Positions 52,549-63,512 of a stretch of DNA of 64,000 nucleotides are shown piece after piece. The stretch's first letter is position 1; every line of letters starts with the position of its first letter. Origin of the DNA: Acinetobacter phage vB_ApiM_fHyAci03; sequence record NC_049438.1; one strand, 5' to 3'. The notes beneath the pieces are model-generated. The model had not been told where the DNA came from. It saw only the letters and a program-made list of their open reading frames with translations, and made no database searches. A program made the translations under genes and the position numbers.

Positions 52549-54498
52549 ATGGCAGATTTACCAAATTATACTCATGGGCAACTTCAACGAACAGTTAATG
52601 CTATTCCAGATGTTTTTGTTGGTGCCACATTCCAAGAAATAAAAAATTCTTTAATTAACTGGCTCGCTGGTCAAAAAGAATTCAAAGACTATGATTTTAG
52701 CGGGTCACGCATTAATGTATTATTAGATTTATTAGCATACAATACATTGTATATTCAACAATTCTCTAATACTGCAATATATGAATCATTTTTAAGAACC
52801 GCTAATTTAAGAAGTTCTATTGTTCAAGCCGCCCAAGATAATTCATACTTACCTAGTGGCATGACCGCTGCTGAAAATACCATTCAGCTACGTGTTTCTA
52901 ACCCGACTAAACCAAATAAAATTACAATTCCACGCGGAACAAAATTTCTTGCTTATGCACGCGAAACTTCGGCTGATCCATACCCATTTGTTGTTACAGA
53001 AGATGTAGTAGCAGTTAAGGATTATCAAAATGAGTATTGGCCTATTGTTCGATTAGCACAAGGGCGAATTGTTAGAACTGAATTATTATTTAACAGAAAT
53101 GAACCGATTATCATACGAGACGAATTCATTGATCGCAATCATATTCAAGTCTTTGTAGATGGAGCAAGATGGACTAACTGGACTCATAAATCTATGGTCA
53201 ATGCTGGTTCAACATCTACGATTTATTATGTTCGTGAGACAATCGATGGCTTCACTGAAATTTATTTTGGTGAAGGTGAATTATCAGTTTCAACAACCAA
53301 TGGTGCTTTAGAAGCAAATTATATCGGTGGGCTTAAGCCTACACAAAATGCATCAATTGCCATTGAATACATTCGTACTGATGGTGCAAAAGCAAATGGT
53401 GCAAAAGACTTCACATACGCCGATACTTTGCAATATATCACAATTGATGAAGTGATTGAAAACTTCAATAACGACCCAGATTATGTAGGTGCTGATGGCG
53501 GCGGTGATCCTGAAGATAAAGAGCGTATTCGTGAGATGGCCGCGGTTAAGCGTGAAGCTCAAATGCGATGTGTTACTGCATCAGATTATGACTCATTTGT
53601 GTCTGAAAGATTTGGTTCTATTGTTCAAGCTGTTCAAACATTTACTGATTCAGATAAACCCGGCTATGCCTTTATTGCAATTAAACCAAAATCTGGATTG
53701 TACTTGACAGCTGTTCAACGCGAAGATATCCAAACTTATTTGAAAGAATATAATTTAGCGCCTATTACGCCTTCAGTCATTTCACCTAACTACTTGTTTA
53801 TAAAGCACAATATTCGTGTTACATATGCCATTAACAAGTTGCAAGAATCTGAGCAATGGCTTGAATCACAAATTCTTGATCAAATCGATAGATACTATAT
53901 CGAAGACGTCGAATTGTTTAACAAATCCTTTGCTAAATCTAAAATGTTAACCTTTATCGACAATGCCGATCATTCTATTGTGGGTTCATCAGCTTCAATT
54001 CAACTGGTTCGTGAAATTCAAAACTTTTATGTTACACCAGAATCTGGGATTAAATACTATAACACTGTTAAACCTAGATCAATTGAATCTAATGAATTCC
54101 CATTTCTCCCTGGAAATGATTCAGATGCATATAATGTTAAAATTGTTTCTACTGATGCAGATGCAAATAATAAAGGCAGTATTTTAGTAGGCCCGTTTGT
54201 GCCTGGTGATATTCCTTCTCATATTGCGCCGTATACTAATGACGATTTTACACGTGAAGTTATCGGAGCACAACGAGTTTATTACAAAATAGGTGAAGCC
54301 AATTACACAACAGATTATGTGTATTGGAATATGGGAGCGTTAGATGTAACATCTGATAAGTTTGAGGTACAACAAATTGAACTTTATTCAGATCCAACTA
54401 CGGATAATATTTTCACACGTGATGGATCATTGATTGTATTTGAAAATGACTTACGCCCACAATACACAAAAATTACATTAGAGGCAATCACACAATGA
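52549..54498 (+). CDS. 6: baseplate wedge protein gp6
   Basis: 649 aa vs T4 660; synteny. Confidence 0.85.
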   Translation: MADLPNYTHGQLQRTVNAIPDVFVGATFQEIKNSLINWLAGQKEFKDYDFSGSRINVLLDLLAYNTLYIQQFSNTAIYESFLRTANLRSSIVQAAQDNSYLPSGMTAAENTIQLRVSNPTKPNKITIPRGTKFLAYARETSADPYPFVVTEDVVAVKDYQNEYWPIVRLAQGRIVRTELLFNRNEPIIIRDEFIDRNHIQVFVDGARWTNWTHKSMVNAGSTSTIYYVRETIDGFTEIYFGEGELSVSTTNGALEANYIGGLKPTQNASIAIEYIRTDGAKANGAKDFTYADTLQYITIDEVIENFNNDPDYVGADGGGDPEDKERIREMAAVKREAQMRCVTASDYDSFVSERFGSIVQAVQTFTDSDKPGYAFIAIKPKSGLYLTAVQREDIQTYLKEYNLAPITPSVISPNYLFIKHNIRVTYAINKLQESEQWLESQILDQIDRYYIEDVELFNKSFAKSKMLTFIDNADHSIVGSSASIQLVREIQNFYVTPESGIKYYNTVKPRSIESNEFPFLPGNDSDAYNVKIVSTDADANNKGSILVGPFVPGDIPSHIAPYTNDDFTREVIGAQRVYYKIGEANYTTDYVYWNMGALDVTSDKFEVQQIELYSDPTTDNIFTRDGSLIVFENDLRPQYTKITLEAITQ

Positions 54499-57400
54499 CA
54501 GTAAAAGCGCCTATTATTACAAGTTTAACCATAGCTAAGCTTTCTGCTAATGCTGTACAATTGACTTGGGACGATGTAGGTGAGAACTTTTATTACTTAG
54601 TAGAGCTAGCTGAAATTAGAGAGGATGATCAACCACGTTGGACTCCTCTCGGCTACACTGCAGACAATAGATGGTTCTCATCAGAATTAACAGCTTCATC
54701 ATTTTATAAAATTCGTGTTGCAGTAGCATCAGAAGGCTTCGAGCAATCTGATTGGGTAGAAACTGAACAATTCCAGACATTTGAGCAAAACGCGTATACG
54801 TTTGAATTGATGAATGAGTTAACACTCAACAAAAAATTCATTGATGAAAAATTCATCAAAGGCAACAACTCATATGTTAATTTTAGCACAGACGTTATTC
54901 ATGCTGCGTTGACTAATGAAACATTTACATATTCTGATGCATACACTGACATCTCACAGATTCGCCCTTTCATTATAAAGGAAAATGAATACCATGAGAT
55001 TCAAGGCGACATAACTTCAATTTGTCGTGACTTGGATCGTATGTACTTGATGGAAGATGAAGGTGTATTATACTTATTCGAACGGTGGCAAAATCTTGTT
55101 AAGGTTTCAAATGATAAAGGGCAAAACTGGCAAGCCGTAGGCTTGATGAATGACCGTGTAGGTTGGCCTTTGTCTAAAACCGTTTTCTATCAAAATTCAA
55201 CAACTAACTTTGTGTTAGGATGGGATTACCTATTCTACGGCAGAAAATCTACTGATACACGTTGGTCATCCGACACGGTTAGATTTTCCAATGATGACAT
55301 CACCTTTGCTAAAATTGGTGACACACTTAACTTAGGATTTGATGTCAATATTTTTGGTAATTATGCAATGCTTCCTGGGGATGTGGCTAAAATTGCTGAA
55401 GCCATTACATGCAATGAAGATTATATCTACATTGTCGCTCGTGATAAAGTTAGATTCATTAAAGCAAAAAATCCACCAGTTGATAATACTCCTGGGTCTC
55501 CTACTGAAGGTCAAAAAATATTTGAAACTGCGTTCCATAACATTACTGGCAATAACAAAGCAGTTACATGGAAAATGGACTCAGTTGGAGGACAAGTATT
55601 TGCTTTAGTCATTGGGGAAGTGGCTAATTACGGTGATGATCCACGCAAGGTGCCTATTCTCGATTCAGAGTCTAAAGGAGTCTGGATGCTTAAAGACCAT
55701 GATGCTGGTACATGGGTGCGTGTATTTGGTAACACAGAAGAAGAGCGTCGCCGCATTGAAGTTGGCTATACAAACATGTCATGTGATGAAAAGGAAATAT
55801 TCATTTCATCTAGCAACTATAAAGTCATTGAATCTGACATTGTGGATGACCCAGACACAGTTGCTAAATATCCAGATCAAGTTAATGCTGCCGTAAAAAA
55901 TCTTTATGAACCACAATGGATTCATGATAAACATTTAATGATGATGACATTTAGGGCTAATGGTGAAGACGGCTGGGACAAATGGGCTCCTGGACGCATG
56001 CGTTATTATGCTGAGCCATATTTTAGCAAATGTACTAATTCTGGCACAAGATGTTGGGTAAACAACTCTAACAAAGTTGTGATGGTTTATTCTGATGTAC
56101 AGCATGAGTACGCTATTGATCCATATCCTGTTACATCGCCTAGTAGATATATGGAAGAAGTTTGGAATACTGGTGATTGTACAGTGATTTTCCCTAATAT
56201 TGAATTTAACAACTTCACTCAGTACTCTAATGGGATAATTTTCTTCAAACAGTCAGGCGAGTTGATTGGATACTTTGAATTTAACTATCGTGTTAAAGAT
56301 AACGTTCGTGTAGTATGGAAGCCATCAAATACTTTCCTTAAAGCATTTATGCAGAACCAGACTAGAGAAGATCCATGGACTCCTGATGATGGAGGCGGCT
56401 ACAATAACCCTGACTTAAGGCCATTCTTAACTAGAATGATTCCAGATAGCTATTTGTTAGAGAATTCAACATTTGAAAAGTTCTGCGAATATTACATTCA
56501 ATATATTTCAGATGGTTATGGAACACCTTATAATAATTTGGTTAACCTAATTCGCGACAAATATCCTAAAGAGAAACATTCGTGGGAGTACATGTGGTCA
56601 GAAATTTATAAACGTAACATTTATTTGAATAGAGATAAGCGCGATCTTGTAGCTAGATTCTTTGAGACACGCAAAAATGATTTCTACTCTACTAAAGGTA
56701 TCGAGGCGTCATATAAATTCTTATTCAAAGTGCTCTATAATGAGGACGTTGAGATCGATATTGAATCACTCAATGGACTTGAATATGACATCATTGTGGA
56801 ATCAGACAACATCACTGAAGATTTAGCTGGTAGAACAGTTTACACTGCAACTGGGCGTTCAAACGTTACGTATATTGAGCGTCATTATACTAAAGGTAAA
56901 CTCCAGTGGAAATTGACAATCCATAATTTGCTTGGACGGTTTATTGCCGGACAAGAGATCAAATCGGAACGAACTAATTTTGAAGGCATGATTGTACAAG
57001 GTGTACGTGGCAAAGACATGACATCTAACACTATTGAATATATCAATAGAGGACGTGCATATTATGTTATGAAAATTAAATCCGCATTGCCATCGTCTCG
57101 ATATCGTGATGACGTGTTACGATTTGTCCATCCGGTGGGTTTTGGCTTCATTGGTATTACATTGATCACAATGTTTATTAATTCAGGATTAAGTATGAAA
57201 CATACTGAAACGATAATAAATAGATTAAAAGTGTATAGATGGGATTCTGGTATTCCAACAATGTGGCCAGACAGAATTGCTAAATTAGGGCCTAATGGCA
57301 AGATTGATAGAGACCCTGTTACAGGTGAACCTATCTATTTAGATCATCCTAATAAAGGCAAAGAATATGAATTGTCCGATGCAGAAAAAACACAATATCT

Positions 57401-57587
57401 TAAAGATAATCCGGGTACATTCTATGGATTTAATGCATTAGAATTGCGTCGTCCTATGAGTCCACTATTTGATCAATCTGCAGTAACATTCGCTAGATTC
57501 AGGAATCTTGTAGATGAGCGCCTTAAAGACGATATTGGAAATCCTCGAGATCCATCGAACCCAACACAGGTACAAATAAATGAATGA
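54495..57587 (+). CDS. 7: baseplate wedge protein gp7
   Basis: 1030 aa vs T4 1032; synteny. Confidence 0.85.
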   Translation: MTVKAPIITSLTIAKLSANAVQLTWDDVGENFYYLVELAEIREDDQPRWTPLGYTADNRWFSSELTASSFYKIRVAVASEGFEQSDWVETEQFQTFEQNAYTFELMNELTLNKKFIDEKFIKGNNSYVNFSTDVIHAALTNETFTYSDAYTDISQIRPFIIKENEYHEIQGDITSICRDLDRMYLMEDEGVLYLFERWQNLVKVSNDKGQNWQAVGLMNDRVGWPLSKTVFYQNSTTNFVLGWDYLFYGRKSTDTRWSSDTVRFSNDDITFAKIGDTLNLGFDVNIFGNYAMLPGDVAKIAEAITCNEDYIYIVARDKVRFIKAKNPPVDNTPGSPTEGQKIFETAFHNITGNNKAVTWKMDSVGGQVFALVIGEVANYGDDPRKVPILDSESKGVWMLKDHDAGTWVRVFGNTEEERRRIEVGYTNMSCDEKEIFISSSNYKVIESDIVDDPDTVAKYPDQVNAAVKNLYEPQWIHDKHLMMMTFRANGEDGWDKWAPGRMRYYAEPYFSKCTNSGTRCWVNNSNKVVMVYSDVQHEYAIDPYPVTSPSRYMEEVWNTGDCTVIFPNIEFNNFTQYSNGIIFFKQSGELIGYFEFNYRVKDNVRVVWKPSNTFLKAFMQNQTREDPWTPDDGGGYNNPDLRPFLTRMIPDSYLLENSTFEKFCEYYIQYISDGYGTPYNNLVNLIRDKYPKEKHSWEYMWSEIYKRNIYLNRDKRDLVARFFETRKNDFYSTKGIEASYKFLFKVLYNEDVEIDIESLNGLEYDIIVESDNITEDLAGRTVYTATGRSNVTYIERHYTKGKLQWKLTIHNLLGRFIAGQEIKSERTNFEGMIVQGVRGKDMTSNTIEYINRGRAYYVMKIKSALPSSRYRDDVLRFVHPVGFGFIGITLITMFINSGLSMKHTETIINRLKVYRWDSGIPTMWPDRIAKLGPNGKIDRDPVTGEPIYLDHPNKGKEYELSDAEKTQYLKDNPGTFYGFNALELRRPMSPLFDQSAVTFARFRNLVDERLKDDIGNPRDPSNPTQVQINE

Positions 57588-58584
57588 TAGTTCAATGGTA
57601 TATCGTGCGATAATCACATCAAAATTTCGCACTGAAAAAATGCTAAATTTTTATAAGTCTATTGGAGACGGCCCAAATGATAACACTATCTACTTGACAT
57701 TCGGGCGAGATACTCCATGGTCGCCATCAGAAAATGAACCCGGCTTCGCGCCACCGTATCCTGTAGATAATCCTGCAGGCGTTACTGATGTATGGACAAA
57801 TATTCTCGGTGCGGTAAAGGTACAACAATCATATCTTGATGCAGTTGTACCTCGTAAAGATTGGGGTGACAGACGTTACCCTAACCCTTTAACATTTCAC
57901 ATCGGCGATATTGTTGTAACAAATACTATGCCAAACAACAGAGCACCATCTGCCGAAGGTTGGATGGTCTACAAAGTAGTCGATGTGCCTGAAGATGGTA
58001 CATGTTCTATTAGCTCGATAACTGAGAAAATGGAATGTTTAAAACTTGGTGGCAAATGGACGCCTGGTGTTGAAAGTTTCTTCCCACCTACAGGCCGTGG
58101 AGATACTGAAGGCATGGTAGATACTGGCGATGGATACAAATGGGAATATTTGTACGAAATTCCACCTGATGTGTCTATCAATAGATGTACGAATGAATAT
58201 ATTGTTGTGCCATGGCCAGATGAAATTGCAGCAGACCCTAAACGCTGGGGATACCAAAATAATTTGACTTGGCAACAAGATGATTACGGGCTGCTTTTTA
58301 GAATTAAAGCTGTTATTATGAGATTTAAAGCATATCTTGATTCGGTCTACTTCCCTGAAGCATCCGTTCTTGGTAACAAAGGGTTCAGACAAATCTCAAT
58401 GATTATGAATCCATTAGAAGCTAAATCTGATCCAACACAACCTAACAAGAAAGCCATTGCAAATTATTATGGCAAAAATGGGTTAAATAGGCACTCTGGT
58501 GAAATGGTCTATATCGAAAATCGACAGCCGATTATTAGAGCACTCGATCAGACGGAGGAAGTTTCCATATTTTTCGAATTCTAA
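57580..58584 (+). CDS. 8: baseplate wedge protein gp8
   Basis: 334 aa, identical length to T4 gp8; synteny. Confidence 0.8.
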   Translation: MNDSSMVYRAIITSKFRTEKMLNFYKSIGDGPNDNTIYLTFGRDTPWSPSENEPGFAPPYPVDNPAGVTDVWTNILGAVKVQQSYLDAVVPRKDWGDRRYPNPLTFHIGDIVVTNTMPNNRAPSAEGWMVYKVVDVPEDGTCSISSITEKMECLKLGGKWTPGVESFFPPTGRGDTEGMVDTGDGYKWEYLYEIPPDVSINRCTNEYIVVPWPDEIAADPKRWGYQNNLTWQQDDYGLLFRIKAVIMRFKAYLDSVYFPEASVLGNKGFRQISMIMNPLEAKSDPTQPNKKAIANYYGKNGLNRHSGEMVYIENRQPIIRALDQTEEVSIFFEF

Positions 58585-58589
58585 CAACA

Positions 58590-58605
58590 GGGACCTTTAG
58601 GTCCC
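58590..58605 (+). terminator. hairpin after gp8 stop, before gene 9 late promoter
   Basis: GGGACC-TTTA-GGTCCC perfect 6-bp stem. Confidence 0.5.
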
Positions 58606-58612
58606 AATGTTG

Positions 58613-58620
58613 TATAAATA
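58613..58620 (+). promoter_or_regulatory. T4-type late promoter TATAAATA for gene 9
   Basis: Exact TATAAATA 24 nt upstream of gp9 ATG, after gp8 terminator hairpin. Confidence 0.6.
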
Positions 58621-58643
58621 TTAAAATTATAAGAGGATTACGT

Positions 58644-59510
58644 ATGTTCATACAACAACCAAAGATGGAAATCGATGTCGGCGAAATTGGCAATGCATCT
58701 ACTGGTGATATTCTTTTTGATGGCGGTGAGAAAATCAATAGCAATTTCACTGCAATTTATAATCAGTTTGGTGATCAACGGATGTATAATGCTAATACTC
58801 AAGTAGGCAACCAAACGATACATGCTACTGGCTATTATCAAAAAGTTTCAGGCATAGACCTCCGTTCAGCAGTAACTTTAGGTTCCATGTGGGATATTGA
58901 TACTAATCCTACAGGTGGAGCTAACCCAATTTTGCCTAAAGGCAAACCCGGCGAATGCGTAAAATTCATCAACTCGAATGGTAGTTGCTCAGTCAATCAG
59001 CCTATTGATATTCAAGTTATTGATGGTTCGTTTGTAGGCATTCAAGGTGGATTGAAAATTACTCAGCCGTATTGCATGGTCGATTGTTGGTGTATAGCAG
59101 TTAATAACAATATTGCTATTTGGAACTATTCTATTAAATCAATGTTTGGTTCATTCGAGACTCCAGTAGAAGTCACAAAATCTGTACCTGCAAACACGCC
59201 TACGGAGATTCCTATTGCGCACTTTAGTGAATATAACTCATTGAAACTACTTATTACCGCTCAAACTCAAAATGGTGAGATTTCTCGCCAATCAGAAGTA
59301 AATATCCTAATTGACAGATATTTAAAAAATGTCCATCACACAGAGTTTGGTGTTATCCGAATCGGTAACAAATCTGAAGAAGATGAGATTGTAGATATTA
59401 AATACAATATATCTAGTGCTGGTGTACTAACATGCACAGTATCTACAAAGATTAATAATATGAGAGTTGCAATCAAAAGTATAGCTACACAAAGACTTGG
59501 ATCAGCATAA
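58644..59510 (+). CDS. 9: baseplate protein gp9 (long tail fibre socket)
   Basis: 288 aa as T4 gp9; own late promoter. Confidence 0.8.
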   Translation: MFIQQPKMEIDVGEIGNASTGDILFDGGEKINSNFTAIYNQFGDQRMYNANTQVGNQTIHATGYYQKVSGIDLRSAVTLGSMWDIDTNPTGGANPILPKGKPGECVKFINSNGSCSVNQPIDIQVIDGSFVGIQGGLKITQPYCMVDCWCIAVNNNIAIWNYSIKSMFGSFETPVEVTKSVPANTPTEIPIAHFSEYNSLKLLITAQTQNGEISRQSEVNILIDRYLKNVHHTEFGVIRIGNKSEEDEIVDIKYNISSAGVLTCTVSTKINNMRVAIKSIATQRLGSA

Positions 59511-61327
59511 TGAAAGAATTAGTAAATATTGGACAAATGGTTGATGATGGCACAGGAGATTATCTTCGTGAAGGTGGCATCAAGATCAATAACAACTTTA
59601 CCGAGACCTATGATGAATTAGGCGATGGGAAGAATTTGCATCCTGCTGGTGCTTGGCAGACTATTGAAGCACATAAACTCACAAATGGCACACTGAATGC
59701 TGTATTCGGGAAGTCATATGCAGTTGATACGGGAACATCTAAAGCAACAATAAAATTACCTAAAGGCACTCCAGCCGATTACAATAAAGTTATTAGAATT
59801 CGAGATACATTTTCTACCTGGCAGGCCAATGCAGTTACAATTGAGCCTGCTAGTGGAGACACATTAAAAGGTGGTGGAACACGTGTCTTTAGTACAAACC
59901 TTACTGACTTAGAATTAGTTTATTGTCGTCCTAATCGCTGGGAATATCTACCAAACAAATTACTTAATAAAATTTCAAATGGCGATATTGCTACAGTAAT
60001 GAAAAAGGAATATTTGTGTACTGAAGGGCAAACAGATTTTCTTAATATTTTTGACAATAATGACTATAACTTAGTCAACACACATGTCTATTTACGTGGC
60101 AACTTGCTTTATTACGGCAAAGATTTTTCTGATGATTCCGATTATGGTAGCCCTGGAGCAACGGCTGGCGAACTAGTTCCATTAGATGGCAAAAGTATCA
60201 GATTACGTACACCTGCTCAAAAAGGCGATTCATTAATGGTAGTAACTTACCTAGATGGCATCGCACAATTCAGATCAACGTATAACCGTTTGGATTGTAC
60301 TATTCTTGATGCTAAATTAACCAATGAAGTTACCGCACCAGGTGCACGTTTAGTTGCAGATCTTGAAACATTGGATTCAATAACTGTTGAACAGCTCGGA
60401 TACGTCTTCAATAGCAATAGTGGTTTAATTAATACCAATACACTGGAAGTGTATGTCAATGGTGTTATTTTGAATATGGCAGGGCGTGCAGGCTTACCGA
60501 TGATGTATTGTGAAGGCGCTGATGCCAATAATTTGACTGATTGTCAATTAATGGGTGGTAATTGGGTTACTTCACACAATGACTACACAATTACTACAAA
60601 TGATAACGGAGCGGTAACAAGCATAGAATTTGGGCGAAAATTTGAACATGGTGACATCGTAACTATTAAATGGTTCAACAATGACATTGGCACAACAATG
60701 GAAATTGATGAAATCACAGATGTAACAGATGACATGTATATCCAACGTGGTCCTGAATACAATATTTCAGGTGCAGTTCGTGTAACAGATTATACAAACC
60801 CAGTTTTACCGAATGTAGAACCAGAAGCTCAGAAATTTGTACGTGTACAAGTGCCGGGCGACATGTTTGATTTGCTATATCCCGTTGGCACCATCTATGA
60901 AAATGCTATCAACAAATCTAATCCTGTAACATATATGGGCTTTGGTGTTTGGACAAGATGGGGCGAAAAACGAGTACTTGTTGGCTGGACTGAAGACAAC
61001 CAAGATACACAGTTTGGTTTAAATAATAATGACCTTGACATTAATGGGCAGCCAACACATACTGCAGGTGGTACAGGCGGAAATCGAACAATTACTATTA
61101 CAAATGATAATATGCCGTCAACAGTTACTGATAAAGAGGTTCTTGTTGCTGATGTAGATGGGCCTGTTGTAATTGGCGGATGTCAATTTGATCCTGATGA
61201 TTCCGGGCCGGCATATTATAAATATCGCCAAGAAAAAGTTACAACTAATGTTACTCATATTCCACCTAAACCTATTGAAACACTAGATCCATACATCACA
61301 GTGTATCGTTGGATGAGGATTGCATAA
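59510..61327 (+). CDS. 10: baseplate wedge protein gp10
   Basis: 605 aa vs T4 602. Confidence 0.8.
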   Translation: MKELVNIGQMVDDGTGDYLREGGIKINNNFTETYDELGDGKNLHPAGAWQTIEAHKLTNGTLNAVFGKSYAVDTGTSKATIKLPKGTPADYNKVIRIRDTFSTWQANAVTIEPASGDTLKGGGTRVFSTNLTDLELVYCRPNRWEYLPNKLLNKISNGDIATVMKKEYLCTEGQTDFLNIFDNNDYNLVNTHVYLRGNLLYYGKDFSDDSDYGSPGATAGELVPLDGKSIRLRTPAQKGDSLMVVTYLDGIAQFRSTYNRLDCTILDAKLTNEVTAPGARLVADLETLDSITVEQLGYVFNSNSGLINTNTLEVYVNGVILNMAGRAGLPMMYCEGADANNLTDCQLMGGNWVTSHNDYTITTNDNGAVTSIEFGRKFEHGDIVTIKWFNNDIGTTMEIDEITDVTDDMYIQRGPEYNISGAVRVTDYTNPVLPNVEPEAQKFVRVQVPGDMFDLLYPVGTIYENAINKSNPVTYMGFGVWTRWGEKRVLVGWTEDNQDTQFGLNNNDLDINGQPTHTAGGTGGNRTITITNDNMPSTVTDKEVLVADVDGPVVIGGCQFDPDDSGPAYYKYRQEKVTTNVTHIPPKPIETLDPYITVYRWMRIA

Positions 61328-61986
61328 TGGTAAGTAAAAATTTATCTCTAACATATAACACATCTAGAGATGCTACTCAGCATGAATTTGATGTTCAGAA
61401 AGGTAGTATTATTGTTGGTAACACTCAGCCTTATGGGTCTCCGACAATTAGAAGCACCGCTAAAGGCGTAAAATATCCAAATGTACAAGCGGCCATTGAT
61501 GACATGGCTGCAATGTATGAGTTGCCGCTTAACACAGTTATCGCCAATGATGATGGTATAGAACCAGGCGGCAAACCGCAACAAGATGAATTCAAATTTT
61601 CTGGTATTGTAGCGTATCCTGGAAAAACAAAGGACCAACCAATCCAGTTTAATTTCTTAGGCTTTGTTGTTACAGCATTAGTTGGGGAGACAGGTGAAAT
61701 GGTTGCAGCTAAAGTTTTACGAGAGTTGCAAATTGCAATGAATAACAATTTTGTAATTAATCGTGTCAACTTTGGTGCATCAAATGATATTTTGCAAATA
61801 GTATATAATGACTGTCAACCTCACAACATCGGTGAATTTGTAGAATGTGGTATTAGAATATCGCAAACTATTACCTCTCCAGCACGTCCAGGATATGGAG
61901 TCTGGAGTCGTTTAGGTACGCAAACTATTGCTTTAGATAATGCCGGCGGTAACACAGTTCTTTATTATTTTAAGAGAGTAAGCTAA
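61309..61986 (+). CDS. 11: baseplate wedge protein gp11 (short tail fibre attachment)
   Basis: 225 aa vs T4 219. Confidence 0.8.
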   Translation: MDEDCIMVSKNLSLTYNTSRDATQHEFDVQKGSIIVGNTQPYGSPTIRSTAKGVKYPNVQAAIDDMAAMYELPLNTVIANDDGIEPGGKPQQDEFKFSGIVAYPGKTKDQPIQFNFLGFVVTALVGETGEMVAAKVLRELQIAMNNNFVINRVNFGASNDILQIVYNDCQPHNIGEFVECGIRISQTITSPARPGYGVWSRLGTQTIALDNAGGNTVLYYFKRVS

Positions 61987-63512
61987 TGGAGACACCACTT
62001 AATAATACATACAAACACATTGCAGATGCAGCACAATATATCTCATTCAATCCAACAGATACAAGTTTTCCTGCAACTGTAGTAGATGTTCAAGCTGCAT
62101 TGGCTCTTACTTCTCCTACTACATACGCCACTGCCACTACCGCAGGTGTCGTCAAAATTGCTACCAAAGATGAAGTTTTAGCAGGGGTTGATAACACAAA
62201 AATGGTGACACCATTCACTCTAAATGAGAGAATGAAATATCCTGATGCCACTACAACAGTTAAAGGGCTTGTAACTTTAGCTACTAATGCAGAGGCTCAA
62301 GCCGGAGCCATAACTTCAAATAAAGCTATCAATCCAGCAAGTTTGAAATACACACTTGATTGGTGGTGGGACAATAAATTAGCATCTGAATCTGCACAAG
62401 GTGTTATTAAATTATCTACACAACAAGCTGCACAAGCCGGAGTAGATGATTCTACCGCAATGACACCATTAAAGGTCAAACAAGCCATTGCAGCTGCCAC
62501 AGCACAAATTCCGCAACCTGTACAAGCTACTGAGACTGCACCGGGTATAGTTCAACTTGCAACAATTGGACAAGCACAACAAGGCACTTTAAGAGATGGA
62601 TATGCAATCTCGCCATATACTCTTCAACGTATTACAGGAAGTCTTACAACACGAGGATTAGTCCAAGCTGCAACTTTAGCACAAGCTAACACAGGGGCGG
62701 ATGACACCTTATACATTTCTGCTAAAGGATTCAAAACATATAATGCTACCACTACAAATTATGGTACAGTTAAATTAACCGATACACCTGGGACCACCGG
62801 TGCTGGTGTCGTGTTAAGTTCTAATGCTAAAGTATTAAGCACTGTATCTACCGGTACACAAACTGTCACAGGCATTGTTAATTTTACTGAAACACTTCAA
62901 CTTCAAGGACAACCAGTAGCCAATCAAAAATTTGTTAAAGATTCTATTCCGATTGGCGTCATGATGGAATGGTTCGGTGATTCAGCGCCTCCTGGAGGTA
63001 TGTGGGCGTTATGCGACGGTGGAGCCGAATCAAAGGCTGCACGCCCAGAGCTTTTTGCGGTTATTGGCTATAAATTCGGCGGTTCTGGTGATACATTCTA
63101 TCGCCCAGATATGAGAGGTCTTTATGCTCGTGGTGCTGGGCGTGGTAAAGACATCATTGCAAACACCGGATATGATGAGTTCAATAAACCTCTATTAGGT
63201 AATGGTGTAGATGGCGGTGTTGTTGGACAAGTTCAAAAGCAACAAATTCGTGAACATAAACACATTGTTTCTTGGGGCGAAAATCGTAGAGAGACGCCTA
63301 ACTTCCCATTTGGTGGCACACAGTTAAGTAAATATTGGGGGACCGCTGGTAAGGAAGATCATGATAATGGTTGGATGTTCTCTAACGATGGAACAGAATT
63401 TGAACCTGCATCAGTGCGGACCGAATATTCTACTGTCAACCCTAAAGAGTTAATTGGAACAGAGACACGCCCATGGAGCATGTCAGTAAACTATATTATT
63501 AAGGTGGCTTAA
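61986..63512 (+). CDS. 12: short tail fibre gp12
   Basis: 508 aa; Ala/Thr-rich repetitive shaft then C-terminal receptor-binding domain with HxH-type metal-site region. Confidence 0.8.
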   Translation: METPLNNTYKHIADAAQYISFNPTDTSFPATVVDVQAALALTSPTTYATATTAGVVKIATKDEVLAGVDNTKMVTPFTLNERMKYPDATTTVKGLVTLATNAEAQAGAITSNKAINPASLKYTLDWWWDNKLASESAQGVIKLSTQQAAQAGVDDSTAMTPLKVKQAIAAATAQIPQPVQATETAPGIVQLATIGQAQQGTLRDGYAISPYTLQRITGSLTTRGLVQAATLAQANTGADDTLYISAKGFKTYNATTTNYGTVKLTDTPGTTGAGVVLSSNAKVLSTVSTGTQTVTGIVNFTETLQLQGQPVANQKFVKDSIPIGVMMEWFGDSAPPGGMWALCDGGAESKAARPELFAVIGYKFGGSGDTFYRPDMRGLYARGAGRGKDIIANTGYDEFNKPLLGNGVDGGVVGQVQKQQIREHKHIVSWGENRRETPNFPFGGTQLSKYWGTAGKEDHDNGWMFSNDGTEFEPASVRTEYSTVNPKELIGTETRPWSMSVNYIIKVA